From the human T2T-CHM13v2.0 reference genome, Homo sapiens: a stretch of 64,000 nt of DNA. Every line of letters starts with the position of its first letter. The stretch's first letter is position 1. Below, one piece after another: positions 41,210-56,104 of this stretch. Below the pieces are notes generated by a model. The model saw only the letters and a program-made list of their open reading frames with translations. It was not told where the DNA came from and did no database searches. The stretch is taken from assembly GCF_009914755.1 (NCBI RefSeq), contig NC_060925.1; one strand, written 5' to 3'. Made by a program: the position numbers and the translations under genes.

Positions 41210-42707
41210 TCTGAACGTGACTGAGTAACTGGCATTGGACTTTCTGGCCTGCATAAATAACTAGACAACTGGATAAGTGTATGAAACAACTATTTAGACA
41301 ACGGACAATAGTTAGCATGGAACTATGATCCCTGAGAGAAGGAAAACAAGCAAAGTGAGCCTGAAGACAACCCTAGCTTTCTGTTTGAAGGCACTTTTGG
41401 GCAGAGCAGGGAGGGGAAATCCAAGTAGATCACAGGGGTCTTTTTGTGTTGAAGTTAGAGATCTTGACATTAGGAGGGTCTGTGGCACTATAATTTCCAG
41501 GGAAGAGTACCAGAGAGGAAGAAGCTACTCAGAAAAAGAGCTTCAGAAATCTGTATAGAGGTCTCCCTTGAGTCCTTGTCTAAATACTCATGAGTATTTA
41601 TATGCATGAGTTGTGCATGCATATAATAAAACTCCATAAGTGTGGGCAAATGAAAACTACTGGGGAGCTATAAGCTGAACAATTTTCAGAGTTCAGACAG
41701 GGCTGAGAGACATTCATGTTACAGTTGGAGAGTGAAGAGAACTTATCGGACACCCACAACATTCAGTAGAGGCCTCAAAAGGGTCTTGGTAGTAGGGCTA
41801 AACTAGCCCTAAAGTCTACTTTAGCACCATCCTAATAAGTCTTAAACACAAGCCTTACAAGGAACAAGCTGATGATCAAGTAAGTTAACTCCTACCAAAA
41901 CAAAACAAAATTCAACATTATTGAAAGGAAGGAAACAAAAATTCAGACCCTCAACAACAGAATATTCACAATGTCCAACATCCAATAAAATTAGATACGT
42001 AAAAAAGCAGGAAAATATGACCTATAACCAGGAGAAAAATCACTCTATAGAAATAGACTCAGAAATGACAGGAATGATGGAATTAGCAGACACAGATTTT
42101 GAAGCAACTGTTCTAAATATACATTAAAAGATTTAAATGAAAACATAAACTTAATGAGGAAAGAAGTGGAAGTTATCAAATGGAACTTTTAGATTTAAAA
42201 GTATAATATCTGAACTAAAAATGCACCATATAGTTCAACAGCAGATTATATAGTATATATAGCATATGGTGTATATATAGCAGTTATATACTAAAGAAGA
42301 AAAGATCAATGAACTCGAAGACATAGCAATAGAAAACTCAGAAAGGTTAAGGGCAGAAAAATATTTAAAGAAATAATAGTCCAAAGTTTCCAAACTTGAA
42401 GATCAAAAACAGTTGTCTCAAGAAGCTCAACAAATCCTAAACAGGATATACACACAGAAAACCATACCAAGGTACATTGTAATCAATGTACCAAAAGACA
42501 AATGATAAAGATAAGACATTAAAAGGAGACAGAAAAGAAGACATATATACAAGGGAATAAAGATAAGAATGATCATTGATTTATCATTGACCAAAAGACA
42601 ATGGGATAATAACTTTAAGGAGCTGAAAGAAAAAAAAAGTCAAACTAGAATTCTACATCCAGTGACAATATTCTTCAAAATGAAGGTAAAATAAAGACAT
42701 TTTCAGA
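41210..42707 (+). mobile_element. Ancient L1M 5' region / ORF1 remnant
   Basis: A-rich decayed ORF1-like sequence (ORF 41921..42127; ctagaattctacatccagtgacaatattcttcaaaatgaagg). Confidence 0.7.
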
Positions 42708-43235
42708 GTATATACCCAAAGGAATAGAAATTGTTCTATCATAAAGGCACATGCATGCATATGTTCATTGCAGTACTATTCATAATAGCAAGGAGATGGA
42801 ATCAACCTAAATGCCTATCAGTGGTAGACTGGATAAAGAAAATGTGGTACATATACACCATGGGATACTATGCAGCCATAAAAAACGAGATCATGTCTTT
42901 TGCAGAAACATGATGGAGCTGGAGGCCATTATCCTTAGCAAATGAATGCAGGAACAGAAAACCAAATACTGCATGCTGCTCACTTATAAGTGGGAACTTA
43001 AAGTTGAGAACACATGGACACATAGAGGGGAACAACAGACACTGGACTACTGGAGAGTGGAGAGTGGGAGGAGGGAGAGGATCAGGAAAAATAACTAATG
43101 GGTACTAGACTTAATATTATACTTTATTAATAATCTATACAGCAACCCCCCATGACATGGGTTTACCTATATAACAAACCTGCACATATACCCCTGAACT
43201 TAAAATAAAAGTTAAAAAAGAAAAAAATAAAAAAA
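42708..43235 (+). mobile_element. L1PB/L1PA-old 3' end with A-tail
   Basis: ORF 42731..42913 matches the ORF2 C-terminus; ends cccctgaacttaaaataaaagttaaaaaag. Confidence 0.8.
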
Positions 43236-43276
43236 TTAACCCCATTTACAATAGCCACATGTAAAATTAAATACCT

Positions 43277-45870
43277 GGTGGCTGGCAAGATGGCTGAATA
43301 GAAACAGCTCCAGTCTGCATCTCCCAGTGAGATCAACGCAAAAGGTGGGTGATTTCTGCATTTCCAACTGAGGTACCCAGCTCATCTCACTGGGACTGGT
43401 TAGAAAGTGGGTGCAGCCCACAAAGGGCCAGCTGAAGCAGGGTGGGGTGTCGCCTCACCTGGGAAGTGCAAGGGGTCAAGGAACTCCCTCCCTTAGCTAA
43501 GGGAATCCATGAGGGACAGTGCCATGAGGAATGGTGCATTCCAACCCATGGTTTTTTCCATGGTCTTCACAACCTACAGACCAGGAGATTCCCTAGGGTG
43601 CCTATGCCACCAGGGCCCTGGGTTTCAAGCACAAAACTGGGTGGCCAATTGGGCAGATACCAAGTTAGCTGCAGGAGTTTTTTGTTTTTTTTTTTTCATA
43701 CCCCAGTGGTGCCTGGAATGCCAGTGAGACAGAACCATTTACTCCCCTGGAAGGGAGACTGAAGCCAGGGAGCCAAGTGGTCTAGCTTAGCAGATCCCCC
43801 ACGGAGCCCAGTGAGCTAAGATCCACTGGCTTAAAATTCTCACTGCCAGCACAGCAGTCTGAAGTCCACCTGGGACACTCAAGCTTGGTGGGGGAGGGGC
43901 GTCCGCCATTACTGAGGCTTGAGTAGGCGGTTTTCCCCTCACAGTGTAAACAAAGCCTCAGGGAAGTTCGAACTGCATGGAGCCCACCACAGCTTGGCAA
44001 AGCCACTGTAGCCAGACTGCGTCTCTAGATTCTTCCTCTCCAGGCAGGGCATCTCTGAAAAAAAGGCAGCAGCCCCAGTTAGGGGCTTATAGATCAAACT
44101 CCCATCTCCCTGGGACAGAGCACCTGGGGGAAGGAGTGGCTGTGGGCGCAGCTTCAGCAGACTTAAACTTTCTGCCTGCTGGCTCTGCAGAGAGCAGCGG
44201 ATCTCCCAGCACAGTGCTCGAGTTCTCCTAAGGGACAGACTGCCTCCTCAAGTGGGTCCCTGACCCCCGTGCCACCTGACTGGGAGACACCTCCCAGCAG
44301 GGGTCGACAGATACCTCATACAGGAGAGCTCCAGCTGGCATCTGGTGGGTGCCCTTCTGGGATGAAGCTTCCAGAGGAAGGAACAGACAGCAATCTTTGC
44401 TGTTATGCAGCCTCTGCTGGTGATACCCAGGCAAAAAGGGTCTGGAGTGGACCTTCAGCAAACTCCAGCAGACGTGCAGCAGAGAGGCCTGTTAGAAGGA
44501 AAACTGATAAACAGAAAGGAATAGCATCAACATCAACAAAAAGGACGTCCACTCAGAGACCCCATGTGAAGGTCACCAACATCAAAGACCAAAGGTAGAT
44601 AAATCCATGAAGATGAGGAAAAACCAGCGCAAAAAGACAGAAAATTCCCAAAACCAGAATGCCTCTTCTCCTCCAAAGGATCAGAACTCCTTGCCAGCAA
44701 GGTAACAAAACTGGACGGAGAATGAGTTTGACGAATTCACAGAAGTAGGCTTCAGGTCGTGGGTAATAACAAACTCCTCCGAGCTAAAGGAGCATGTTCT
44801 AACCCAACATAAGGAAGCTAAGAACCTTGAAAACAATTAGAGGAATTGCTAACTAGAATAACCAGTTTAGAGAAGAACATAAATGACCTGATGGAGCTGA
44901 AAAACTCAGCATGAGAACTTCGTGAAGCATACACAAGTATCAACAGCTGAATTGATCAAGTGGAAGAAAGGATATCAGAGATTGAAGATCAACTTACTGA
45001 AATAAAACATGAAGACAAGATTAGAGAAAAAAGAATGAAAAGGAACAAACAAAACATCCAAGAAATATGTGACTATGTGAAGAGACCAAACCTATGTTTG
45101 ATTGGTGTACCTGAAAGTTATGGGGAGAATGGAACCAAGTTGGAAAACACTCTTCAGGATATTATCCAGGAGAACTTCCCCAACCTAGCAAGACAGGCCA
45201 ACATTCAAATTCAGGAAATATAGAGAACAACACAAAGATACTCCTCAAGAAGAGCGACCCCAAGACTAATCGTCAGATTCACCAAGGTTGAAATGAAGGA
45301 AAAATGTTAAACGCAGCCAGAGAGAAAGGTCCGGTTACCCACAAAGGGAAGCCCATCAGACTAACAGCAGATCTCTCTGCAGAAACCCTACAGGCCAGAA
45401 GAGAGTGGGGGCCAATATTCAATATTCTTAAAAGAATTTTCAACTCAGAAATTCCATATCCAGCCAAACTAAACTTCACAAGCGAAGGAGAAATAAAAAC
45501 CTTTACAGACAGGCAAATGCTGAGAGATTTTGTCACCACCAGGCCTGCCTGACAAGCGCTCCTGTAGGAAGCACTAAATATGGACATGAAAAAACCAGTA
45601 CCAGCCACTGCAAAAACATACCAAATTGTAAAGACCATCGACAGTATGAAGAAACTGCATCAACTAATGGGCAAAATAACCAGCTAGCATCATAATGACA
45701 GGATCAAATTTACACATAACGATATTAACCTTAAATGTAAATGGGCTAAATGCCCCAATTAAAAGACACAGACTGGCAAATTGGATAAAGAGTCAAGACT
45801 CATCTCATGTGCAAAGACACACATAGGCTCAAAATAAAGGGATGGAGGAATATTTACCAAGCAAATGGAA

Positions 45871-45905
<35 letters not shown>

Positions 45906-48900
45906 CAGAGGTTGCAATCCTAGTCTGATAAAACAGACTTTAAACCAACAAAGATCAAAAAAGACAAAGAATCAAAGAAGGGCGTTACATGATGGTAAAG
46001 GGATCAAGGCAACAAGAAGGGCTAACTATCCTAAATATATGTGCATCCAATACAGGAGCACCCAGATTCATAAAGCAAGTTCTTAGAGACCTACAGAGAG
46101 ACTTAGACTCCCACACAATAATAGTGGTAGACTTTAACACCCCACTGCCAATATTAGACAGATCAGTGAGACAGAAAATTAACAAGGATATTCAGGACTT
46201 GAACTCAGCTCTGGACCAAGTGGACCTAATAGACATCTGCAGAACTCTCCATCCCAAATCAACAGAATATACATTCTTCTCAGCACCACATTGCACTTAT
46301 TCTACAATTGACTACATAATTGGAAGTGAAACACTCCTCAGCAAATGCAAAAGAATGGAAATCATAACAGTCTCTCAGACCAGAGTGCAATCAAATTAGA
46401 ACTCAGGATTAAGAAACCCACTCAAACCCGCACAACTACATGGAAACTGAACACCCTGCTCCCGAATGACTACTAGGTACATAACAAAATTAAGGCAGAA
46501 ATAAATGAGTTCTTTGAAACCAATGAGAACAAAGACACAATGTACCAGAATCTCTGGGACACAGCTAAAGCAGTGTTTAGAGGGAAATTTATAGTACTAA
46601 ATGCCCACAGGAGAATGCAAGAAAGATCTAAAATTGACATCCTAACCTCACAATTAAAAGAACTAGAGAAGGGAGGGATAGCATTAGGAGAAATACCTAA
46701 TGAAAATGAGGAGTTAATGGGTGCAGCAAACCAACATGGCACATGTATACATATGTAACAAACCTGCACATTGTGCACATGTACCCTAGAACTTAAAGTA
46801 TAATAAAAAAAATTGCAAAAAAAAAAAAAAAAAGAACTAGAGAAGCAAGAGCAAACAAATTCAAAAGCTAGCAGAAGACAACAAATATCTAAGATCAGAG
46901 CAGAGCTGAAGGAGATAGAGACACGAAAAAAACGTCAAAAAATCAATAAATCCAGGAGCTGGTTTTTTTGAAAAGATTAACAAAATAGACCACTAACCAG
47001 ATTAGTAAAGAAGAAAAGAGAGAAGAACCAAATGGACACAATAAAAAATGACAAAGGGGATATCACCACTGATCCCACAAAAATACAAACTACCATCAGA
47101 GAATACTATAAACACCTCTATGCAAATAACCTAGAAAATCTAGAAGAAATGGATAAATCCTGGGACACATACACCCTCCCATACACCCTCCCAAGACTAA
47201 ACCAGGAAGAAGTCGAATCCCTGAATAGACCAATAACAAGTTCTGAAATTGAGGCAGTAATTAATAGCCTACCAATTAAAAAAAGCCCAGGACCAGATGG
47301 ATTCACAGCCGAATTCTACCAGAGGTACGAAGAGGAGCTGGTACCATTCCTTCTGAAACTATTCCAAACAATAGAAAAAGAGGGAATCCTCCCTAACTCA
47401 TTTTATGAGGCCAGCATCATCCTGATACCCAAACCTGGCAGAAACACAACAACAAAAAAATTTCAGGCCAATGTCCCTGATGAACATCGAAGCGAAAATC
47501 CTCAATAAAATACTGACAAACCGAATCTAGCAGCACATCAAAAAGCTTATCCACCAAGATCAAGTTGGCTTCATCCCTGGGATGCAAGGCTGTTTCAACA
47601 TATGCAAATCAATAAACATAATCCATCACATAAACAGAACCAATGACAAAAACCACATGATTATCTCAATAGATGCAGAAAAGGTCTTTGACAAAATTCA
47701 ACAGCCCTTCATGCTAAAAACTCTCAATAAACTAGGTATCAATGGAACGTATTTCAAAATAATAAGAGCTATTTATGACAAACCCACAGCCAATTTCATA
47801 TTGAATGCGAAAAAGCTGGAAGAATTCCCTTTTTAAACCGGTACAGGACAAGGATGCCCTCTCTCACCACTCCTATTCAATATAGTGTTGGAAGTTCTGG
47901 CCAGGCAATCAGGCAGGAGAAAGAAATAAAGGGTATTCAAATAGGAAGAGAGGAAGTCAAACTGTCTCTGTTTGCAGATGACATGATTACATATTTAGAA
48001 AACCCATAGTCTCAGCCCCAAATCTCCTTAAGCTGATAAGAAACTTCAGAAAAGTCTCAGGACACAAAATCAATGTGCAAAAATCACAAGCCTTCCTATA
48101 CACCAATAATAGAGAGCCAAATCATGAGTAAAATCCCATTCAGAATTGCTACAAAGAGCATAAAATACCTAGGAATCCAACTTACAAGGGATGTGAAGGA
48201 CCTCTTCAAGGAAAACTACAAATCACTGCTCAAGGAAATAAGAAAGGACACAAACAAATGGAAGAACGTTCCATGCTCATGGATAGGAAGAATCAATATT
48301 GTGAAAATGGCCATACTGCCCAAAGTAATTTATAGATTCAATACTATCCTCATCAAGCTACCACTGACTTTCTTCACAGAATTAGAAAAAACTACTTTAA
48401 ATTTCATATGGAACAAGAACAGAGCCCATATATCCAAGACAATCCTAAGCCAAAAGAACAAAGCTGAAGGCATCATGCTACCTGACTTCAAACTATACTA
48501 CAAGGCTACAGTAACCAAAACAGCATGGTACTGGTACCAAAACAGAGATATAGATCAATGGAACAAAACAGAGGCCTCAGAAATAATGTCACACATCTAC
48601 AATCATCTGATCTTTGACAAACCTGACAAAAATGAGCAATGGGAAAATTATTTCCTATTTAAGAAATGGTTTGGGAAAACTGGCTATCCATATGGAGAAA
48701 ACTGAAACTGGACCCCTTTCTTACATCTTATACAAAAATTAACTCAAGATGGATTAAAGACTTAAATGTAAGACCTAAAACAATAAAAACCCTAGAAGAA
48801 AACCTAGGCAATACCATTCAGGACATAGGCATGGGCAAAGATTTCATGACTAAAACACCAAAAGCAATGGCAACAAAATCCAAACTTGACAAATGGGATC

Positions 48901-49887
48901 TAATTAAACTAAAGAGCTTCTGTACACCAAAAGAAACAACCGTCAGAGTGAACAGGCAACCTACAGAATGGGAGAAAATTTTTGTAATCTATTCATCTGA
49001 CAAGGGGCTAATATCCAGAATCTACAAGAAACTTAAACAAATTTACAAGAAAAAACAAATAACCCCACCAAAAAGTGGGTGAAGGGTATGAACAGACACT
49101 TCTCAAAAGAAGACATTTACGTGGCCAAGAAACATATGAAAGAAAGCTCATCATCAGTGGCCATTAGAGAAAGGCAAATCAAAACCACAATGAGATACCA
49201 TCTCAAGCCAGTTAGAATGGCGATCATTAAAAAGTCAGGAAGCAACAGATGCTGGAGAGGATGTGGAGAAATAGGAACGCTTTTATACTGTTGGTGGGAT
49301 TGTAAATTAGTTCAACCATGGTAGAAGACAGTGTGGCGATTCCTCAATCGCCAGAAATACCATTTGACCCAGCAATCCCATTACTGGGTATATACCCAAA
49401 GGATTATAAATCATTCTACTGTAAAGACACATGCACGTGTATGCCTATTGTGGCACTGTTCACAATAGCAAAGACTTGGAACCAACCCAAATGCTCATCA
49501 ATGATAGACTGGATAAAGAAGATGTGGCACATATACACCATGGAATACTATGCAGCCATAAAAAAGGATGAGTTCATGTCCTTTGCAGGGACATGGATGA
49601 AGCTGGAAACCATCATTTTCAGCAAACTAACACAGGAACAAAAAACCAAACACTGCATGTTCTCACTCAAGTGGGAGTTGAACAATGAGAACACATGGAC
49701 ACAGGGAGGGGAACATCACACACTGGGGCCTGTCAGGGGGTGGGGGGCTAGGGGAAGGATAGCATTAGGAGAAATATCTAATGTAGATGACGGGTCGATG
49801 AGTGCAGCAAACCAACATGGCATGCGTATACCTATGTAACAAACTTGCACGTTCTGCACATGTATCCCAGAACTTAAAGTATAATAA
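43277..49887 (+). mobile_element. Full-length, inactivated older L1PA (about L1PA7)
   Basis: 5' UTR starts ggtggctggcaagatggctgaatag. ORF1 fragments 44960-45552; ORF2 EN/RT fragments ~45715-49600; 3' UTR. TSD aaaattaaatacct at 43263-43276 and 49888-49901. Confidence 0.95.
46672..46829 (+). mobile_element. ~160 bp L1PA 3'-end insertion nested in ORF2 of the full-length L1
   Basis: L1 3' terminus plus poly(A). TSD aaaagaactagagaag at 46656-46671 and 46830-46845, at a TT|AAAA site. Confidence 0.93.
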
Positions 49888-49901
49888 AAAATTAAATACC
49901 T

Positions 49902-50575
49902 AGAAATTAACCAAATAAGTGAAAGCCCTTTATGATGAAAACTATAAAACACTTATGAAGGGAATTGAAGAGGACACCAATAAATGGAAAAATATTCCAT
50001 GTTAATAGATTGGAAGAATCTATATTGTTAAAATGTCCATACTTCTCAAAGCAATCTATAGATTCAATGCAATCCCTATCAAAATACCAATGACATTCTT
50101 CACAGAAATAGAAAAAAAATCCTAAAATTTATATGGAAACACAAAAGATCCAGAATAGCCAAAGCTATCTTAAGCAAAAAAGAACAAAACTGGAAAAATC
50201 ACTTTATCTGACTTCAAATTATACTACAGAACTATAGTAACTAAATAGCATGGTACTGACATCAAAACAGACACATAGACTAATGGAACAGAATGGAGAA
50301 CACAGAAACAAATCTATACACCTACAGTGAACTCGTTTTTTGACAAAGGTAACAAGAACATACACTGGGGAAAAACAATCTCTTCAATAAATGGTGCTGG
50401 GAAAACTGGATATCCATATGCAGAAGAATGAAACTAGACCCCTATCTTTCTCCATACAAAAAATCAAATCAAATGAATTAAACACTTAAATCTAAGACCT
50501 CAACCTATAAAACAACTGCAAGAAAAAAACACAAAAAACAAACAAATAAAAAAAACAAAAACATTGGGGAAAGCC
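49902..50575 (+). mobile_element. Older L1 (L1MA/PB-type) ORF2 fragment, continuing 43238-43276 across the full-length L1PA
   Basis: ORF2-like sequence resumes directly after the TSD. Confidence 0.85.
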
Positions 50576-52592
50576 ATGGGACTGGATTAGATCACTAATG
50601 GGATGAGTGGTGAGTGGAAATGGAAGGACAAGGGTTTCAAGAGCTGAGCCCTGGTGATCCTCCAATCCCCAGCTTGAGGGCGTGGAGGGAATAATTAGAG
50701 AAGTAGGAGGAAATCTTTGCTATGAGCAAAGTTGTGTAGGAACGAAGGCTACCAATAATGTTAGAAATAAGGGCAGGGAAGGCCATGAAGGGCCTTGAAT
50801 GCCAAGCTAAGGGCATCACTGGAGGTTTCCTAAAAATACAAAGTCATGGTCAGATTCATGATTAGAAGGATTGATCTTGCAGCACTGAAGAGATGCAATG
50901 AAAGTTAGGGTGGGGTAAGCCCATAGGCAAGGAGACCAGGAAAGAGTCAAGGCAAGCATGCGGCCATTATAGCAGTCTATATCAGGGCCAGTAGTTTCGT
51001 GATCTGGATTTTTTTTCCCCTTGGGCTCCTCTAGCCCAGAATGTCAAAGTTTTCAGGGAATTGTTAGCCAAAAATTCCACTGGACTTTGCTGACTTGGCC
51101 TGAACTCAGAGAAAAAAGGAACTGCTGAGACCTCTGTCCATGGTGCTGATGTAAATCCCCCATTTCCACCTCTAGAAGGCACACTTGCATTCCTGTCTCA
51201 GCTCTCAGGACTGGCACAGAATCAACAATCCCAGCATCACCCCACATATGGCCAGAGGCTCAGAGGCCTTGGGCCTGGTGAAAGGATGGTTTTGGGATGT
51301 GTGTCTGGCTCTACTTCTGTTTAAATGCCCCAGGTCATATTTGCTTTGATGGAGTCTTGGTAGCCAGACTGAGAAAAGCTTCATATCTAGGAAACAGGAG
51401 GGCTCTGACCTTGCCATTTCCCACCCTATAGTTGAGGCTGTTAGAGGTGGCCAGAGCTTGCCTAACCCTTAGTCTTGTTTTTCATAGTGGCCTTATTCCC
51501 ACTCTGCTCAGCAGTTATCCTGAACAACCTGTAGGTGCAAACCTTCTGGCATTTTGTCTTTGCCTGTTACCTCTTCCTGAAAGGCCCCTTTATGATTCCT
51601 TCATCTAGATAAATTCTCAGTGTTATTAAATGCTCAACTTGGGTATACAGGCATACCTCAGAGATATTGCAGGTTTGGTTCCAGGAAACTACAATAAAGC
51701 AAATATAGCGTTAAAGTGAGTTACACACATTTTTGGTTTTCCAGTATATATAAAAGTTATGTTTACACTATACTGTAGTCTATTAAATGTGAAATAGCAT
51801 TATGTCTAAAAAGTGTATATACTTTAATTTAAAAATACCTTACTGCTAAAAAAAATGCTAATGATCATCTGAGCCTTCAGTGAGTCATAATCTTTTCTCT
51901 GCTGGAGGGTCTTGCCTCCATGTTGCTGGCTGCTGACTGATGGCTGCTGACTGATCAGGTAGTTGCTGAAGGCTAGGTTGGCTGTGACAGTTTCTTAAAA
52001 TAAGACAACAGTGAAGTTTTCCACATCAGTAGACTCTTCCTTTCATGAAATATTTCTCTGTTGTATACAATGCTTTTGATAGCATTTTTCTTCCAGTCAA
52101 ACTCTTTTCAAAATTGGAATCAATCCTCCCAAACCCTGCTGCTGCTTTATCAACTAAGTTGATGTAATATTCTAAATCCTTTGTTGTCATTTCAACAGTG
52201 TTCACAGCATCTTCACCGGAGGTAAATTCCTAAGAAATTACTTTCTTTGTGCATCCATAAGAAGCAAAGCCTCACCCATTAAAATTTTATCATGAGATTG
52301 CAGAAATTCAATCACGTCTTTAAGTTCCACTACTAATTTTAGCTCTCTTGCTACTTCCACCATATCTGCAGTTACTTCTTGCACTGAAGTCTTGAAACCC
52401 TCAAAGTTGTCCATGAGGGTTGGAATCAACTTCTTCCAAACTCCTGGTAATGTTAATATTTTGACCTCCTCTCGTGAATTATAAATGTTCTTAATGCTGA
52501 ATCCTTTTCAGAAAGTTTTCAATTTACTTTGCTTAGATGTAACTGAGGAACCACTATCTTTGGCACCTTTAGCCTTAAAAAATGTATTTCTT

Positions 52593-52901
<309 letters not shown>

Positions 52902-53932
52902 TGTATTTCTTAAATAATAAGATTTGAAAGTCAAAATTACTTCTTGATCCATGGCTATAGAATGAATGTTGTGTTAGCAGGCGTGAAAACAACGTTAATC
53001 TCCCTGTATATCTCCATCAGAGCTCTTGGGTGACCAGGTGCATTGTCAATGAGATGTAATATCTTGAAAGGAATCTTTTTTTTTCCTGAGTAGTAGGTCT
53101 CAACAGTGGGCTTAAACAATGCTGTAAGCAAATGTGCTGTCATCCAGGCTCGTTGTTTCATTAATAGATCACAAGCAGAGTAGATTTAGTATAAATTTAG
53201 CCCTAGGATTTTTGAAATGGCAAATGAGCATTTGCTTCAACTTTAGAGTTACCAGCTCCATTAGCCCCTAACAGGAGAGCCAGCTTGTCTTTTGAAGCTT
53301 TGAATCCAGGCATTGACTTCTCTTCTCTAGCTAGGAAAGTCCTAGATGACATCTTCTTCCAATAGAAGGCTGTTTTATCTACATTGAAAATCTGTTTAGT
53401 GTCATCATCTTTATCAATGATCTTATCTAGATCTTCTGGTTAACTTGCTGCAGCTTCTACATCAGCATTTGCTGCTTCGCCTTGTATTTTTATGTTATGG
53501 AGATGGCTTCTTTCCTTAAACCTTATAAACCAACTTCTGCTAGCATCAAACGTTTCTTCTTCAGCTTCCTCACCTCTCTCAGCCCTCATGAAATTGAGGA
53601 GAGTTAGGGCCTTGCTCTGGATTAGGTTTTTGCTTCAGGGAATGTTGTGGCTGGTTTGATCTAGACAGACCACTAAAACTTTCTCCATGACAGCAATAAG
53701 GCAATTTTGATTTCTTAACATTTGTGTCTTCACTGAATTAGCACTTCAAGAACTTTTCCTTTGCACTTATAACTTGTCTAAGTGTTTGGTGCAAGAGGCC
53801 TAGCTCTTTGCCTATCTTGGCTTTCGAAATGCCTTCGTCACTAAGCTTAATCATTTATAGCTTTTGATTTAAAGTGAGAGATGTGCGACTCTGACTCTTT
53901 CTTTCACTTGAACACTTAGAGGCCATTGCAGC

Positions 53933-54276
<344 letters not shown>

Positions 54277-54794
54277 TAGAGAGGCTCAAGGAGAGGGAGA
54301 GAGATGGAGGGTGGCTAGTCGGTAGAGTGGTCAGAACACACACAACATTTATCAATTAAGTTTACCATCTTATATGGGTGTGGTTCCTGGCTCCCCAAAA
54401 CAATTACAATGGTAACATCAGAGATCACTGATCACCATAACAGACACAATAATAATAAAGTTAGAAATATTGCAAAATTACAGAAATGTGACACAGAGAC
54501 ATGAAATGAACACATGCTGTTGAAAAAATGGCACAGATAGACTTGCTTGTTGCGGGGTTGCCACAAACCTTCAATCTAAAAAAAAAATACTCAGTATCTG
54601 TGGAGTGCAATAAAGTGAAGCATAATAAAACAAGGTAGTCCTGTACTTGGTTCCAGAAAGCCTTCCCTAATTTCTCTTAGGCTGCTTAAGTGTCTCTTCC
54701 TTTTCTTCCTCCTCTTTTGCTTGACACTATGCAAAAAATCAGCTGATTTTTAATCTTGTCTCCTGACGCTGTCATCTTTGACTCTTGCATACAC

Positions 54795-54903
54795 CTCTTT
54801 CCCTTCTTCCCTCCTTCCCTCCTTCCCCCTTTTCCTCCTTTCTTTTTCCTCCCTCCCTTCTGCCTTTCTTTTTCCTCTCTTCTTCTCTCTAGTCTCTCTC
54901 TCC
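54795..54903. repeat. Polypyrimidine low-complexity tract
   Basis: Almost pure C/T run. Confidence 0.85.
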
Positions 54904-55721
54904 ACATTCACGCCCACAGTCCAACTCACAACCCAACCCAATCCAAGAAGTAACATCAACAGCAATAATTTACATTTAGGCGTTCATCACCCTTTCCCAT
55001 CCCCTGGTAAACATCATCCTGAAATTTATATTCATAATATTTTTGATTAAAACTATATACCCAACGTATATTTTTAGTTTTAGTTTTTATTAAAATTTAT
55101 GAAAAAGGGTATCATGCTGTACACCATCTTCTGAGGCTTGCTTTTTCTCTTTCAACAAAATGTTACCAAGATTTGTTCAAGTTGTTATACAGGCTACAGT
55201 TCATTCAATTTTGCTGGTATATACAAAATATTCTTTTGTGCAAATATATTACAATTTATTTGTCAATTTTCCTGTCAATGAGCATTGGAGTTACTGTCAT
55301 TATTTTGCTACTACAAATAGTACTACTGAAAATATTGTTGTACATGTCTCCCGGTGCATGTCTTTTTGTACATACACACACACATACACATATACACACA
55401 TATTTTGAAGTGAAATTTCTGGGTTATAGAGTATGTGAAAATTCAACTTTACAAGATAATACTTTTCTTTTTTCCAGAACGGTTGTGTCAAATTACACTC
55501 CCACCAACAATGTATAGTAGAATGGTTGACCCACATTCTCTCCAATACTTGCTGTTGCCAGACTTCTTAATTTTTTCAGATTGAATGGGGGTAACTTGAA
55601 TTTCATCTTTGTCTTTATCTTCCCTTATTAGTAATGAGATTGAACCAACATTTATTGAAGATATGGTTCCCTTTCCTGCAAAATGTCTAATCATGATTTT
55701 TGTTCATTTTTCCTACTCTGA

Positions 55722-56050
<329 letters not shown>

Positions 56051-56056
56051 TCTATA

Positions 56057-56104
56057 GTTTTTGATATAAATCCTTTGCTGGTTTTTGATATAAATCCTTT
56101 GCTG
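56057..56104. repeat. Perfect 24-bp tandem duplication
   Basis: gtttttgatataaatcctttgctg x2. Confidence 0.93.

Noticed and set aside
44960-49839. L1 ORF1/ORF2 pieces as active genes
   Set aside because: Multiple stops and frameshifts, an A-run expansion at ~45874-45904, a deletion in the endonuclease region and a nested insertion.
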